Below, piece after piece: positions 24,316-37,610 of a stretch of DNA of 64,000 bases (the first letter of the stretch is position 1; each line of letters opens with the position of its first letter). This DNA comes from Octopus sinensis (Eukaryota). Below the pieces are notes generated by a model. The model saw only the letters and a list, made by a program, of their open reading frames with translations. It did not search any database and was not told where the DNA came from. A program made the position numbers and the translations under genes. The stretch lies in the NCBI RefSeq assembly GCF_006345805.1, contig NC_043010.1, positions 44,268,001-44,332,000 on the forward strand. The letters are read 5' to 3'.

Positions 24316-25049
24316 GTAATGTAATTACTTCACAAAGGAGTTTTTGTAGAACATTTGAAGTTTTGTGGGTAAGGGCTGAAACACATAGAGATGCATATAC
24401 AGCAAATCAACAACAGTGTAGCCAAGTGGAAGGACAGTAACTCTAGTAACGTCGCAGGATGGAGGAAATTGTGTGATGAACACAATGTACTTGCAAGAAA
24501 ATATAGAGGGGAGGGGGTATAAATAGAGTCCCCCTTCCTACTGTCACTGGTAACAGGCGCTACAAACAGGAAATAAGCCTGTCAGGGGAGGTGGTAAAGT
24601 GGCATGGAAAGTCAGTAAAAGATAGGGAGCAAGGATAGTAAATTGATGTAAATGGTACTGTAAATACTTTGAGGAGTGTAAGGACAGGGAGCAGTAGATG
24701 AGGATAAATTGTTTTTTCTTTATTCAAAGGCCAATTGTTTGGCAATGAAAGAGAGAGAGAGAGAGAAAGAGAGAATATACTACTTAAAATTCTGTGAGGA
24801 TTTTTATGTGTGAAATTTTAGTGAAACTTGAAGGGAGAAAAAAAAGGGTAGAGACAAGAGATACTGGTAGTAAAACACACAATTGAGTCAAAAGTAAAGA
24901 CCCATAAGTTCCACTCAAGACTCAAGTCAAACCAAATGGACAGGTATATGCAAGCATGCATGAGGAACAACCATGGAACACCACAAAGTCCTTGTGTTGC
25001 CCATATGCCAGAATTAGTCTTGATCACCTTGCCATGGCTGAATAGACTT

Positions 25050-25960
25050 AGGTAACAGATTATGTAGCAGAATCACAGACAGGCTATCAGAGAAAAATAT
25101 TCATATGTGATAAATGCCATGGAGCAATACATTTTGTGAACACACTAGAATTAGAAGCTCTTACATGCTTGGATGGTTCACTGGATGTAGTTAATAGTTT
25201 TTGCTAACTAGAAGATATGATCAGCAAGAATAAGAACAGATTGGAAAAAAGTTCACTGCAGCAGCAAAGGTTTTTCCCCCAAGAATGAAAAGTACATTGT
25301 ATGATGCTTGTGTTAAAACTGCAACACTGCATAGTAGTGAGATATGGACCTTGAATGCAGTGGACTTGAGAAGACTAGGAAGATATGAAGTGATCATGCT
25401 CCATTGGATCATCATCATCATTCGTTTAACGTCTGTTTTCCGCGCTAGCACACGTTGGATGGTTTGACTGGGGTCTGGGAAGCCAGGAGGCTGCACCAGG
25501 CTCCAGTCTGATTTGGCAGTGTTTCTACAGCTGGATGCCCTTCCTAACGCCAACCACTCCGTGAGTGTAGCGGGTGCTTTTTACGTGCCACCGGCACAGG
25601 TGCCAGGGGAGTCTGGCAGCGGCCACAATCGGTTGGTGCTTTTAACGTGCTACCGGCACGGAAGCCAGTCAAAGCGGCACTGGCATCGGCCACGTTCGGA
25701 TGGTGCTTTTTACGTGTCACTGGCACAGAAGCCACCATGTAAATGTGCATGAGCAAAATAGCATAAATATGCTGAGAGGAAAACTGGGGGCATAAGAGGA
25801 ATTTCATAGTAAGAAAACTTAGCTGGTATGGACATATGATGCAAAAGTATAAGGATGTAGCTGGAGCCTTTGGACGAGGAAGATTCAGGAAGATATGGAA
25901 TGAAGTGAAGGCTAACCAGGACACTAAGCCTGACAGAGGAAATAGAAAAGGACTGGAATA
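25050..25960 (+). mobile_element. old RTE LINE fragment interrupted by a younger antisense insertion
   Basis: RLCSRITDRLSEKIFICDKC, DVVNSFC and LYDACVKTATLHSSEIW before 25408; RTE-like sequence resumes after 25735. Confidence 0.75.
25408..25734 (-). mobile_element. young RTE 3'-end copy
   Basis: CpG-intact reverse complement of the RTE 3' UTR with three ggcacgtaaaaagcacc-type units and a (GAT)n tail. Confidence 0.9.
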
Positions 25961-26262
25961 TCTGATGATATGAGGTTCTCTGGAAAACCTGCCCATTGTA
26001 GTGTAACTGACTTCTGGAAGCACTGCATGGTTACACACACAGAGACACACACATATATAAGTTTTATATATGTATGCATCAAAGAACAGGGTGTTGACTG
26101 TAAATTAAGATGATTATAAATAATAAGTACATGTTCTCAAATGATGCAGCAAGAATCATAAAACTACATTTTGATAATATTACATATTAAAAGCAAGTGA
26201 AATACCGAGAAAAGGTGAAAAAAAAAAACTAAACATAGAAGCAAACAAAAGTATTAACTTAC

Positions 26263-26317
26263 TCGGTGGGTCCATGTGTTCCTCCCCCTCTTTCTCCATT
26301 TGTAATATGCTGGCTGC
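26263..26317 (-). other. candidate 55-nt exon
   Basis: aatttgtttcctcag| acceptor and CGA|GTAAGT donor; all three frames open. Confidence 0.4.
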
Positions 26318-26421
26318 CTGAGGAAACAAATTATACAGAATAAGAAACTTGCTTATAAATAAAGATGTGTGTATCTATATATATATATATGTATATAAAT
26401 ATATATATATATATATATATG

Positions 26422-26460
<39 letters not shown>

Positions 26461-27189
26461 CACAAGTGAGGAAAGTGAAAAAGGTGCATAAATAAGAAGG
26501 TGAATAAAAAAAATACTAAAGGAAGGGTGAGGCTGTTGCAATGAATAGGTGATCTAAAAAGAAATATTACAGAAAAGGGAGAAAAATATAAAATTATGAA
26601 AAAGTTATGAAGTATGGAAAAGAAGTATGAGAAAAAAAGAAGTTGAGAGAGAGAGAGGGGTGGGAAAGATAAATGAATGAGGAAGGAAATTGCAGAAGGT
26701 ACTGGAGTGTGACTCTTTCATTGCCAACAAGTCCTTGATCAACCTATTCATATTTAAATTTAAATATCACAACATAAATCTATTGATAACATGAAATATT
26801 GATAGGTAAACAGTTGCTGTACAATCTAACATTGCTAAGGAATGGGTTTTATGCTCTCAGAATGGTTTAGGTTTTCCTTCTATAACATTTTCTTTCTTTA
26901 TAGTAACAGTTTACCCTTTTTTTTTCATAAGCTTTAAATTTAGTAGTAAAACTCTTCAATTAGAAAGGTTTTTAAAAGAAGATGGCTGGAGCGAAAAATG
27001 TATTAAGTATAAATTAACATGTGGACTATGAACAGGATGTTTCAATTTCCAACTTGGACAAAGATAGTGGAAGTACATATTTTGTGTTTGAATTTGGTAA
27101 TATGTTCATGAAGAAAAATGTCAGATATGAACAGTAATTTTGTATGTGGCGTATCATGATATTGTTTTTGTATGTGAAATACCATAATA

Positions 27190-27607
27190 TTGTTATTGGA
27201 TGTTGACACTCAAAGTGGATGGAACTCGTGGAAAAGGAAGACCCAGGAAGACATGGGATGAAGTATTGAAGGATGATCTCATGACACTGAACCTTATGGA
27301 GGAGATGATAAAGGACTGAGACATCTGGCACCTTGCCAAGAAGATCCATCCGCCACAGCAGAAGTGTGTTAATGCTACTCTCCTTGCTGAAGAAGATTGA
27401 CCTGCAAAAGCTTATGTCACAGAAAAGCATCTATGCTGGTTCCATGTAAAAAGCACCCAGCACACTCTGTAAGGTGGCTGGTGTTAGGTAGGGCATCCAG
27501 CTGTAGAAACCAAGCCAAATCAGACTGGAACCTGGTGCAGCTCTGGTCAAACTATCCAACCCATGCCAGTGTGGAAAAATGGACATTAAAGGATGATAAT
27601 GATGATA
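27190..27607 (+). mobile_element. degenerate RTE 3' fragment
   Basis: GTRGKGRPRKTWDEVLKDDL followed by the RTE 3' end and a GAT tail. Confidence 0.8.
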
Positions 27608-27712
27608 TATTTTAAGTTTAAATAAATGATGATATTCCCTTGAATTACAAGTGAACAGTGCAGTAATAGTGACTGGACTGGTATTCTAGTGGAAGTGATC
27701 CTGTCTCTGTTA

Positions 27713-27947
27713 AGGAGTTAATATCTCAAGATTTAGATATTGTATTCTAGAACAGGGATTCTATTTTGAAGATGGCTAGGTGATATTTAGGGGAGATTTA
27801 GCTGCTGCATTGAATAGATCAAGTAACTAAGTAGACATGCTCACTAACTTGAGAACAGGAGAGGATTTGTTTAATATTACAGTTGGTCTGTCATTTTAGA
27901 GAAAAAGTTTAAAATTCTAACTTATTTATAGTCAGTGGAAAACGTGT
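27713..27947 (+). repeat. left arm of a ~235-bp inverted repeat
   Basis: reverse complement of 28918-29155, about 12 substitutions and 2 small indels by manual alignment. Confidence 0.92.
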
Positions 27948-28678
27948 ATATTTTAAGATGTTGGAGATAATGCATGTAAAGTTTAAAAAAGGATATGAAT
28001 ACACTTGAGAGAGGGGGTTATTGTAAAATGATATCCAAGTAACTGGCAAATGATTCTATTGTGTTGCCATGTAAGGATGTGTGGAGAACGTTTGATGGTT
28101 GCATAATTAAAAATAAATCTATTTTGGCATGTTTTGTGTGAGAATTTGTGATGGTTGAGCAAAATTTCAGAAGTCATTATTTAGTCAATGAGAAAACTGT
28201 GGATCATTTGTTACATTAAGATTTAGTATTTGTAATGTTCTTAAAGAGACCAGAAGTGATGGCCGAGATAAAACCATCTTTGACTAAATACGAAATACTC
28301 AGGAATGGTTTTGTCCTCTGGTTTCTTAATTCAAGCTCCATCTGGATCATCTTGATTTCCATCCTTCCAAGATGAATTTAACTGCAGGAGGGAATGTATC
28401 ATGACTTTGTGATAAAATTCACTTGCAACCACAGAACCTTGAGCAAGTACCTTATATCAAAGACATGGAATGATCAAAGTCACATGAATGGAATTTGGCA
28501 GCTAGAAACTGTGACGAAGGTGTATGTGTGTGTGTTCATGCATATGTATGTATATTCATAAAAATAAGAACCAGTGATTTGCATGATGGAGATCTATAGC
28601 CACTGATACAATTGTTCACAAAATGTGATATAAAATAATAAATAAGTAATGTATATGGAAACTGATGTGCCTAGTTGG

Positions 28679-28879
28679 TGCCACTTTAGTATGCAATCTA
28701 CTGCAGCATCTGTGCAGTGAAATGATCCTAGGTTAGGATTAGAGTTAGGGTTTAGGGTTAGGCTGGAGATTAGGGTTAGGTTTGGGTTTAGGGTTCAACT
28801 GCTTGATTAAGTATGAAATGGCCAGGCAAACCACATGCTAAAGTGTAAATGGTTAGGTAGACTGTACGCTAAAGTGGCA
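28679..28879. mobile_element. MITE-like element with 23-bp inverted termini and internal degenerate TTAGGG array
   Basis: tgccactttagtatgcaatctac ... gtagactgtacgctaaagtggca; (T)TTAGGG-like units at 28729-28795. Confidence 0.6.
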
Positions 28880-28917
28880 TTGCCAAGTCAATAGTAAACA
28901 ATGTTCTGAAGTGACAA

Positions 28918-29155
28918 ACACGTTTTCCATGGCTATAAATAAGTTAGAATTTTAAACTTTTTCTCTAGAGTGACAGAGCAACTGTAATATTAAACAAATC
29001 CTCCCCTGTTCTCAATCAAGCTAGTGAGCATTTCTACCTAGTTACTTGACCTATTCAATGCAGCAACTAAATCTCCCCTAAATATCACCTAGCCATCTTC
29101 AAAATAGAATCTATGTTCTAGAATACAATATCTAAATCTTGAGATATTAACTCCT
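28918..29155 (-). repeat. right arm of the ~235-bp inverted repeat
   Basis: see left arm. Confidence 0.92.
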
Positions 29156-29520
29156 GGTAGATCAATTTAATATAATCTTATTTAGATTCCATAGGTTTTT
29201 GATTAGCAGTGTTTGTTGGGATTATTGAATATGTTGTTATATTTTCTAAAAGGAGATTGTGTGTGTGTATTGTAACTGGTTGTAGTTTTTAGTAATAAAA
29301 ACATTGAGTACAGAACTATATGAAAACAGTGAGGATGTACAATAAAGTTTAATGACAGTCATACTACTAAACAATTACACTCCAAGTTCTAAGTATATAG
29401 TACATGCACGTAAAGCTTTCATTGCTGTCTTTCTTTACTTGACTTATATCTGCTTTCTATCTCCTTCTTAAACCTTTTCCAATGATTTGAAATGCATCTG
29501 AGTATTGTATACAATAAGCT

Positions 29521-29695
29521 CAAGGTAGCGAGCTAGCAGAACTGTTAGCATACAGGACAAAATGCTACTAAGCATTTTGTCTGTCTTTACATTCTGAGTG
29601 TGAATTCCACTGAGGTCAACTTTGCCTTTTATCCTTTCAGGATCAATAAAATAAGTATCAGTTGAGAACTAGGCCTTGTGCTTATAGTAGAAATG

Positions 29696-29700
<5 letters not shown>
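29521..29700 (+). mobile_element. SINE family B
   Basis: gcgagctagcagaactgttagca head, ends in an (ATT)n tail. Confidence 0.8.
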
Positions 29701-29727
<27 letters not shown>

Positions 29728-29728
<1 letters not shown>

Positions 29729-30167
29729 GCGGATGTGTTACCAGTGCCGGTGGCATGTCGAAACTCTACTTGTGAAGACCCGTTGAGGCAAGTGAGGATC
29801 AGAATCGAAATCGATCAATGGAAATTGCAGATGTGTTACCAGTGCCGGTGGCATGTAAGAGAACTTTCCGTTTCGCGACCGTTGCCAGCACCGCCCCATT
29901 TCATGTCCGTTGCCAGCCTTGCCTGGCCCTCGTGCCGGTGGCACATAAAAAGCACCATCCGTTCGTGGCCGTTTGCCAGCTCTGTCTGACACCAGTGCGG
30001 GTGGCACGTAAAAAGCACCCACTACACTCACGGAGTGGTTGGCGTTAGGAAGGGCATCCAGCCGTAGAAACACTGCCAGATTTGACTGGGCCTGATGAAG
30101 CCTTCTGGCTTCACAGACCCCAGTAGAACCGTCCAACCCATGCTAGCATGGAAAATGGAAGCTAAAC

Positions 30168-30200
<33 letters not shown>
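29728..30200 (+). mobile_element. young RTE 3'-end copy inside the SINE (ATT)n tail
   Basis: CpG-intact; long (GAT)n tail; attattatt on both sides; 32-bp internal duplication at its 5' end. Confidence 0.9.
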
Positions 30201-30201
<1 letters not shown>

Positions 30202-31164
30202 ATTATTAGGCTGAGAGAATTTTTAGCACGTTGGATGAAAATGCTTAGTAGCATTTCTTTAGTGTCTTTATGTTCTGAGTCCAAATCCTGCCAAAGTCAA
30301 CTTTGCCTTTTTTGGGTTAATAAAACAAAGGATCAGTGAAATACCACACTAAAACTGGTGCCCTTTAGCCAAAATTTGAAATTATTATCATATGCTTTAA
30401 TTCAATTTAATACAGTCGCCTGGAACCAAGTTACATAAGTCATTTATATTTTCCCCTTCAGTATTGTACACATTTTCTCTTGTTCATTACCTTTAGCATG
30501 TACATACAAACATATATTTCTTTTTCATGCAGCCATACATAGAAACTTTTGATTTAATAAACAGGAAAAAACAACAACAACAAAGAATTAAAAAAAGTAG
30601 ACTATGATATCTACTTTTCAAATTATGATTTGTTGGAGTAATGAAAAATAAGGACAAGATTACCAAATAAATAAATGTTTGAACAAGTGTATGGCTAAGT
30701 AAGAAAAATAAGAAAACCCCCAAATATATGGAGGGAAGGTAGAGTTGTATTATTATTTCTCATAATTTAAACTGACATTAAAAGCTAACTTATTATATGT
30801 TTCAGAAAGTAGGCAATGTTATTGAAGTGTCAGAAACAGATGTAATGTTAATACAAATTAGAGAAGAGGTTTTGTTTTGACTTAACTGGAAAAGGTGTAA
30901 GGGTAAAAAAAATAAGACATTAGGGTATGTTTACACATTTAGTCATCTATTCACTGTTATACTTATATTTTTATTTTATTTATATATTCAAATACATCTG
31001 TATTTTAATATGAATATACATATATGTATATTCATCTTCATCTTATATTTATACATTTATATTTTTTCTTTAGGCTTTTATTTTTTACCTCATAATTCAT
31101 ACTTCTCAGTTTCTAACTTCTCTCAATCTTCCTCTTTCTACTTCTTCATTCCCATCTGTATATT

Positions 31165-31375
31165 GGTTTTAAATTTTAGCACAAGGCCAGCAACTTTGGG
31201 AAAGGGAGTAAGTCAATTACATCAACACCAACACAAAACTAGTACTTATTTTATTAACCCTGAAAGGATGAAAGGTGAAGTTAACCTTGATGGAATTTGA
31301 ACTCAGAATGTAAAGATGGACAAAATGCCACTAAGTATTTTACCTGGCATGCTTATGATTTTTCCAGCTCATTGC
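31165..31375 (-). mobile_element. SINE family B
   Basis: reverse complement of the family B body. Confidence 0.78.
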
Positions 31376-32829
31376 TTTTTTCTCCCATTTATATATTGAC
31401 CCCTAATACTGTGCCTTTATTAATAGCAGCCTTTTAGTCGGTTAGCCCTATGTTAAATATAAATATAAAACTATATAGTCTAATACTACATTACTATAGG
31501 AGTGGCCAAGTTAATCTTCTACACTAGACTACTGAAGAGCAACATATACCCAGTCCTATTAAACCTCACTTTTTTTTCTCTCCTCTCACCCATCTCTATT
31601 TTTCAAATCTCTAACATTTACTTCTCAACAGTTTCAGATTTCACAAGAGAGTATGTGTTGATAACCAGATTAGTTTCACAATTGTTATTGACATGCATCC
31701 TTGCTCTTCAAACCCCAATTATAAGCTCCATTTAAGAAATGCTTCCCAACATCCTTATATCCTGAAAGCAGATAACTGTAATTAAGCCACCTTTATAATT
31801 ATTATAGGTTTATATCTTTCCCTTCATTAGCACATGTGTTGAGACCACCCTATTATTATTAAACACCTTTTACTCATTAATAACATGTATACATATATTA
31901 TACAGAATTAGATTCTCAAAAACATCAGTTTGGAAATTCTAATAATGCTTTCTCATTAGAAATTAATTTGTTTTCTCTCTGTCTTAGTAACATATAAGAC
32001 CAGATTCCTAAACACAGAATATTTGATCATAATTTGGTAATCTTAACAGCATTTACTTATATTAGTTTTTCATTTTAACCCTTTTGAGTGTATCTTCCTT
32101 TAGCTTTCATACAATATTTTTAACAGTATTTAGTAATTTTAATTTTATATTTTAACCCTTTTACTGTCCAAGGCAAATTGGATGGCTTCATTTGTCATGT
32201 TTTGCCTATGTAATTAAAACTATAAATAATACAAAGATGTCCTTTAGTTCTTTTCATAATATCATTAAAGGAAGCATACATGCATAATAAAAACCTGAGA
32301 AACACACATGCCTCTCAAGAATGAGAAGAATTTTTACTAGTCAGGTGTTTGAGAGCCAAATTTGGTTCTTGTATGTTAGCTTTTATATTTTTTTTTATAT
32401 AACCATCAAGTATTATCAACTAAATTACTCTGATGCAAATCATTTCCATATATTTTGAATTTGTATACTTTAAAGGATTTAACAGAATTTTACAGTATAG
32501 TTTTACATCTATTTGTCATGTTGCAACAGCTTTTCAGATATCAATAGTTCATAAATAACATCATAAAAGGATAAAGGATAAAATTTCAGGATACAAAATA
32601 TAGAGCAGATATTAGTAGACAAAAATCTTTTAGTGCTTTGTGTCTATTTACTAAAAATTTTCATGTTCTCATGTTTATAAACCAAATTTCATTTTTATTC
32701 ACAAAAGGATAATATTTTCCATTTCAAATATGTAATTTTTGGTTTTGATAGCATTATACCAATAAATATTCATACCACAACTTCAGTTGATTTTTCCTGT
32801 GTTTTGAAGAAAGTACATCAACATCAAAA

Positions 32830-33168
32830 TAAGTATCAAATGGAAATTGTAGTTGTGATACCTGTGCCGGTGGCACGTAAAAAGCACCATCCGAACGTGG
32901 CTGATGCCAGCGCCGCCATGACTGGCTTCTGTGCCGGTGGCACGTAAAAAGCACCAACCGATCATGGCCGCTGCCAGAATCCCCTGGCACGTAAAAAGCA
33001 CCCACTACACTTATGGAGTGGTTGGCATTAGGAAAGGCATCCAGCTGTAGAAACACTGCCAGATCAGACTGGAGCCTGGTGCAGCCTCCTGGCTTCCCAG
33101 ACCCCGGTCGAACCATCCAACCCGTGCTAGAAAGGAAAATGGACGTTAAACGATGATGATGATGATGA
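32830..33168 (+). mobile_element. young RTE 3'-end copy
   Basis: three ggcacgtaaaaagcacc units, then the conserved 3' end and (GAT)n. Confidence 0.9.
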
Positions 33169-34249
33169 CATATGGTTCTCATCTTCGAACCTGTCTTATT
33201 TCATATATTAATAGTCCCAACAGATTATGATACATATGTTCAAGATAGTTACATCCCATTTGAACAAGGAGTTGAGATCCACTAGTGGCTCTCAGATGTG
33301 TCATAATAAAACATTTCAGAACCATTAATGGCTTTCAAATCAGTGAAAGGATTAATTGATGATACTACACTTATAACTTCTCACAATTTCAAGTTCCTTT
33401 CTTACTGCTACACTCTTAGATTGTACAAGTACATATTCTATACAATATTGTTTTTCTCTTATAATAATTTAAATCATATAAAACTACATTATTTATAGAA
33501 CTTGCCTTTGCATACTTAACACCAAACCTACAATTAAGAGTAGTTAAACCAAAACAACAGCAGCAATGCTTCTACCACTACTACTGTCATTACCATCATT
33601 ATTTTATGTCCAGATTATATTTATTTAATCATTATTGTCATTGGCATCACAGCTGTTGTTGCCAGTCACCATGATTATTATTTTCATTTTATATCCTGAT
33701 AATATCAATTTCATTGTAGACTTTATCTTTGTGTACTAAGTAACAAACACATAACAGCAATACCTATCCATATAAAACCTTTTAAAATTAAAATTAAGAT
33801 GAATAATTTACTTGGCATCTCCTATATATTTAAAGATATTTATTTGCAGAATCTAACTTTACACAATTAATAGCATACACATAAATAACAACAATTGATC
33901 GTCATATGAACTCTTAATCTAAAATTAACTTCAAATGACTAATATATTTGGTTTTCTGACTAATATGTTTGTTTATTTTTTCTCTGTATTTAAATGTACA
34001 CAGATTCTTGCCAATTCAGAGGTAGTACTTGTCAAGCAAGTGACTTGATCTGAGATTATGTGTTGAAACTAAGGCAATTGCATTGTGGAAGAGGCATTTT
34101 AACCATTCAATAACAAACAAAACTGTTAAATTCAATTCATTTTTTTCCATGACGTGTGATGCTTTTGTCAAACAACTGTGACCTGGTCACTGAAACAAAA
34201 ATATGAAAAGGGTGGAAGGGATATTAGGAGATATAGCCTTTATTGGCAA

Positions 34250-34640
34250 TAACAAGATGCCCTTCTTGTCACAAACCCTTGCTTGAATGCAGCAAGGTGC
34301 CAGATATTTTGATCCTTTGTCATCTCTGTAAAATTGAGTACCCTGCGGTCGTCCTTCAGTACTATGTCTCATGTCTTCTTGGGTCTTCCACAACACATAT
34401 ATATAGAATCATCACCATTGTCATCATTTGATGTCTGTTTTCCATGCTGGCATGGGTTGACAGTTCAACAGAACTTGACAAGCTGGAGGATTACCTCAGG
34501 CTCCAATATCTGTTTTACCATGCCTTTTTATTTAACTGAATACCTTTCCTAATGCCAACCACTTTACAGAGTGCAGTGGGTGTTTTTTTTGTTGTAATAC
34601 CAGCCCTAGTGAGGTCACCTTGCAATTTGCAAGACAAAGA
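34250..34640 (-). mobile_element. two adjacent degenerate RTE 3' fragments
   Basis: GRPKKT-like segment (34250-34405) and 3' tail (34420-34640) on the minus strand. Confidence 0.65.
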
Positions 34641-34669
34641 ACCTAAATGGGTCCTTATAACTGGAAGAT

Positions 34670-34700
<31 letters not shown>

Positions 34701-35558
34701 TGTGTGTGTGTGAGTGTGTGTAATGATTCTAAGTAAGGTGATGAGAGTAAAGTATGAAGAGAAGAAAAGTTTGATAGTGAGGAGAGTAGTAAAGAAGATA
34801 CTATTGAGCAAAGGAATATGGACAGGACAAGGGGACAAGGAAGGGATTAATGAGAAATGAATGGACAGCGTGTGAAGTTATAGGCTGAGTTTTGTAGGGG
34901 TTCCAGGGCTAAGCCACATAAGACCAAGTATAAACAGATGTTGAGAGTGAAAAAGAAACACGAAAGAGATAGATAAGTATGGTGAAGATCTGAAGAAACT
35001 CATGGAAGAAAAGAGAGGTGTGGGGCAGGCCCAAAATGGAAAGATGTAAGGGTTTTGAGATGACAGGAGCTGTAGGGAGAGAACACTGAGAAAAAATGTA
35101 GGGCAGTGAATGAACTCAGCAAGAGCAACAGGAGAAACTACATGCAGTGAGTTAGAACCTGAGACTACATGAGAACAATACTAACTTCCTATTCACACGG
35201 CCATGCCTGTACCTAAAGTGAAAGTACATGCGTGTGTATGTGTGCGCAACTATGTGGGTATGTAATGAATATGTATGTTGTTGTGATACCAATGGGTTTA
35301 GGAGATTGAATGTTGAAATGAAGAGGAGGAGGAAGATTTGTGTTTATGTTTATATTAGGGTATACATTAAATTATGATGTGAATATGCCTTATATGTTTG
35401 TGCGAGTATTATAAATGTGTGAATGTGTGCAGGTGCATGCTTTTGCATATTTATAAATTTGTGTGTGTAGTAGTAGTAGTAGTAACTAATGAATCACAAA
35501 CAATGACAAATAGCAATGTATGGCTCTTGTTGTAGAAGCTATTTTCTCTAACTATTCA

Positions 35559-35559
<1 letters not shown>

Positions 35560-35646
<87 letters not shown>
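35560..35646. repeat. (GT)n(GA)n microsatellite
   Basis: seen directly. Confidence 0.95.
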
Positions 35647-35649
<3 letters not shown>

Positions 35650-36389
35650 ACAAAGTAATATTTTAAAAAGCCTGTTCTTCAACTTTATTGAGTTCCAATA
35701 CCTTAACATTAATGATGGGATATCAAGTTAATGTACAAACTATGACCAATTTAGGGTGGAGTCTACTTGCCCAGTGCTTGCACTAAAAGGAAATATGGAA
35801 ATGCAGTAATTCTACATGAAAACCACAAAGTGCTAAAAGGATTATATGATCAACATCAAGGCAAGAGACTTGAATTAAACCACAGAAAACATGTCAGGTG
35901 AAAGGTCATTGAAAATACATCTTGATAAAGATACCATTGCAAGAAATAAAACCCCGTTATATTGCCTCCAAAATCTATGTCACTTTACACAAGTACAAAA
36001 CACTTAAGAAAAGAAACAAAACTGAAGATGACTGAAGCAGAAGAACTATGAAGTACTTCGTCATTATAAAATCAGTAGTCAGTAGAGAGAATTAAGAAAG
36101 ACAACACATGCTTTATACAAGACTAAAACAGTTATATAACTATTATCATTAATGTCAGCACAAAATATCATTCTTTTAAGTTATTTTAACTATAAGGGTC
36201 AATATTTTTACATATAACTTCACAACTTCAAAATCTTCTTTGTCACTGTAATTTCTATTTTCAACTTACATCTCATCTCGATGGTGTTACATTTAATGTT
36301 TATACTTGGTAATAGATGCTTTTGCTTATATTTACTAAGGCCTTTAACACACAACCACCTTCTCGAATTATTTGCTCTTAATTTTTTTT

Positions 36390-36630
36390 TAAACTTGTGC
36401 CAGTGCCACATAAAATGCACTTGTACTGGTACCATGTTAAGTGCACTCATGTTGGTGCCATTTAAAACCACCCATCACACTCTGTAACATGATTGGCATT
36501 GGGAAAGGCATCAAGCTGTAAAAACCATGCCAAAACAGACGATTGGAACCTGGTCAGCTCTCTGGATGTCCAACTCCTGTCAAACCATCCAACCTATTTC
36601 AGCATGGAAAACAGATGATGATGATGATGA
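36390..36630 (+). mobile_element. degenerate RTE 3'-end copy
   Basis: cacccatcacactctgtaacatgattggcattgggaaaggcatc...gatgatgatgat. Confidence 0.75.
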
Positions 36631-37309
36631 ATTAATTAATGCTGCAAGGCTAAGAGATCACATTCTATTCATTCTTTCAGTAGATTTTACAGTTATTCTT
36701 TCATCTAATTCATACAGACTATCTCTTTGTATGGAAGAACATTTATTGACAGTAAAGACATCTCTTAGAACTTCTATTCCTTTCATATTCTTGTCTCTAT
36801 GCTTTCATTACAACTACTTCCAGCACTAGTTATGTCACATGGATTGCTGGAATTACCAACATGCATGTTACAATAATTTATTATCTCATAAGGACATGGA
36901 ATTTAGGTTTTTAAACAACAAAAAAACCCCAAAATCTCAGTTAACTTTTCTGTAATTGATCTAAAGGTAGTACATTTTTGAAACTAGACTTTTCTTGGAA
37001 TACTATTGCTACTCCAAAAGATAGGTCAAGAGAAAATTGTGATTCCAAAGTGTTGCTAGAACAAAAGTAAGATATCATCACAGTAATCAATGTCATCACC
37101 ATCATCATTATCAACAGCATTCTATATTAAGGAGAAACGCAAAGGAAGAAGCAGCTAATTAAATGTCAACCATACTATTTCTATATACACACAGCATATT
37201 GTATAGAAGTGATGGTGGTGAAACATCATTACTTTGAAAATTAAAGAGTTAATGATATTGTATGTACAAAAAATGAGGCTTAATATATTTTAATTGACTG
37301 TATGAAAGT

Positions 37310-37610
37310 GCTGTATAGCCGAATGTTCAAGAAGTTCGCTTTGCAACCACAGAGCTCTGGGTTTGATCCCGTGGCAGAAACTGCTATCTTTAGATAGAGA
37401 GCTGACAGAATTGCAAGCATGTCGGGCAAAATGCTCAGTGGCATTTTGCCTTTCTTTACATTCTAGGTTCAAATTCCACTAGGGTCAACTCTGCCTTTCA
37501 TCCTTGTGAGGTTTATATAATAAGTACCAGTCAAGCACTGGGGTAGATTTCATCAATTTAGCCCCTCCTCTAAAATTGCTGGATCTATGCCCAAATTTGA
37601 AACCAATATA
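37310..37610 (+). mobile_element. family-A-like head followed by a SINE family B copy
   Basis: tRNA-like head at 37310-37385, family B body at 37388-37610. Confidence 0.65.

Noticed and set aside
22756-28365. Shared 17-mer atcttgatttccatcct at ~22756 and ~28348
   Set aside because: No similarity beyond the 17-mer; plausible by chance in 64 kb of AT-rich DNA
27713-29155. A-to-G bias between the inverted arms as a trace of an edited RNA intermediate
   Set aside because: Four A/G differences are matched by three T/C differences in the same direction, so there is no strand-specific signal
30093-30115. CTGATGA followed by a hairpin (hammerhead-like)
   Set aside because: No GAAA half-core; other RTE copies read ctggtgcagcc here, so it is a chance variant
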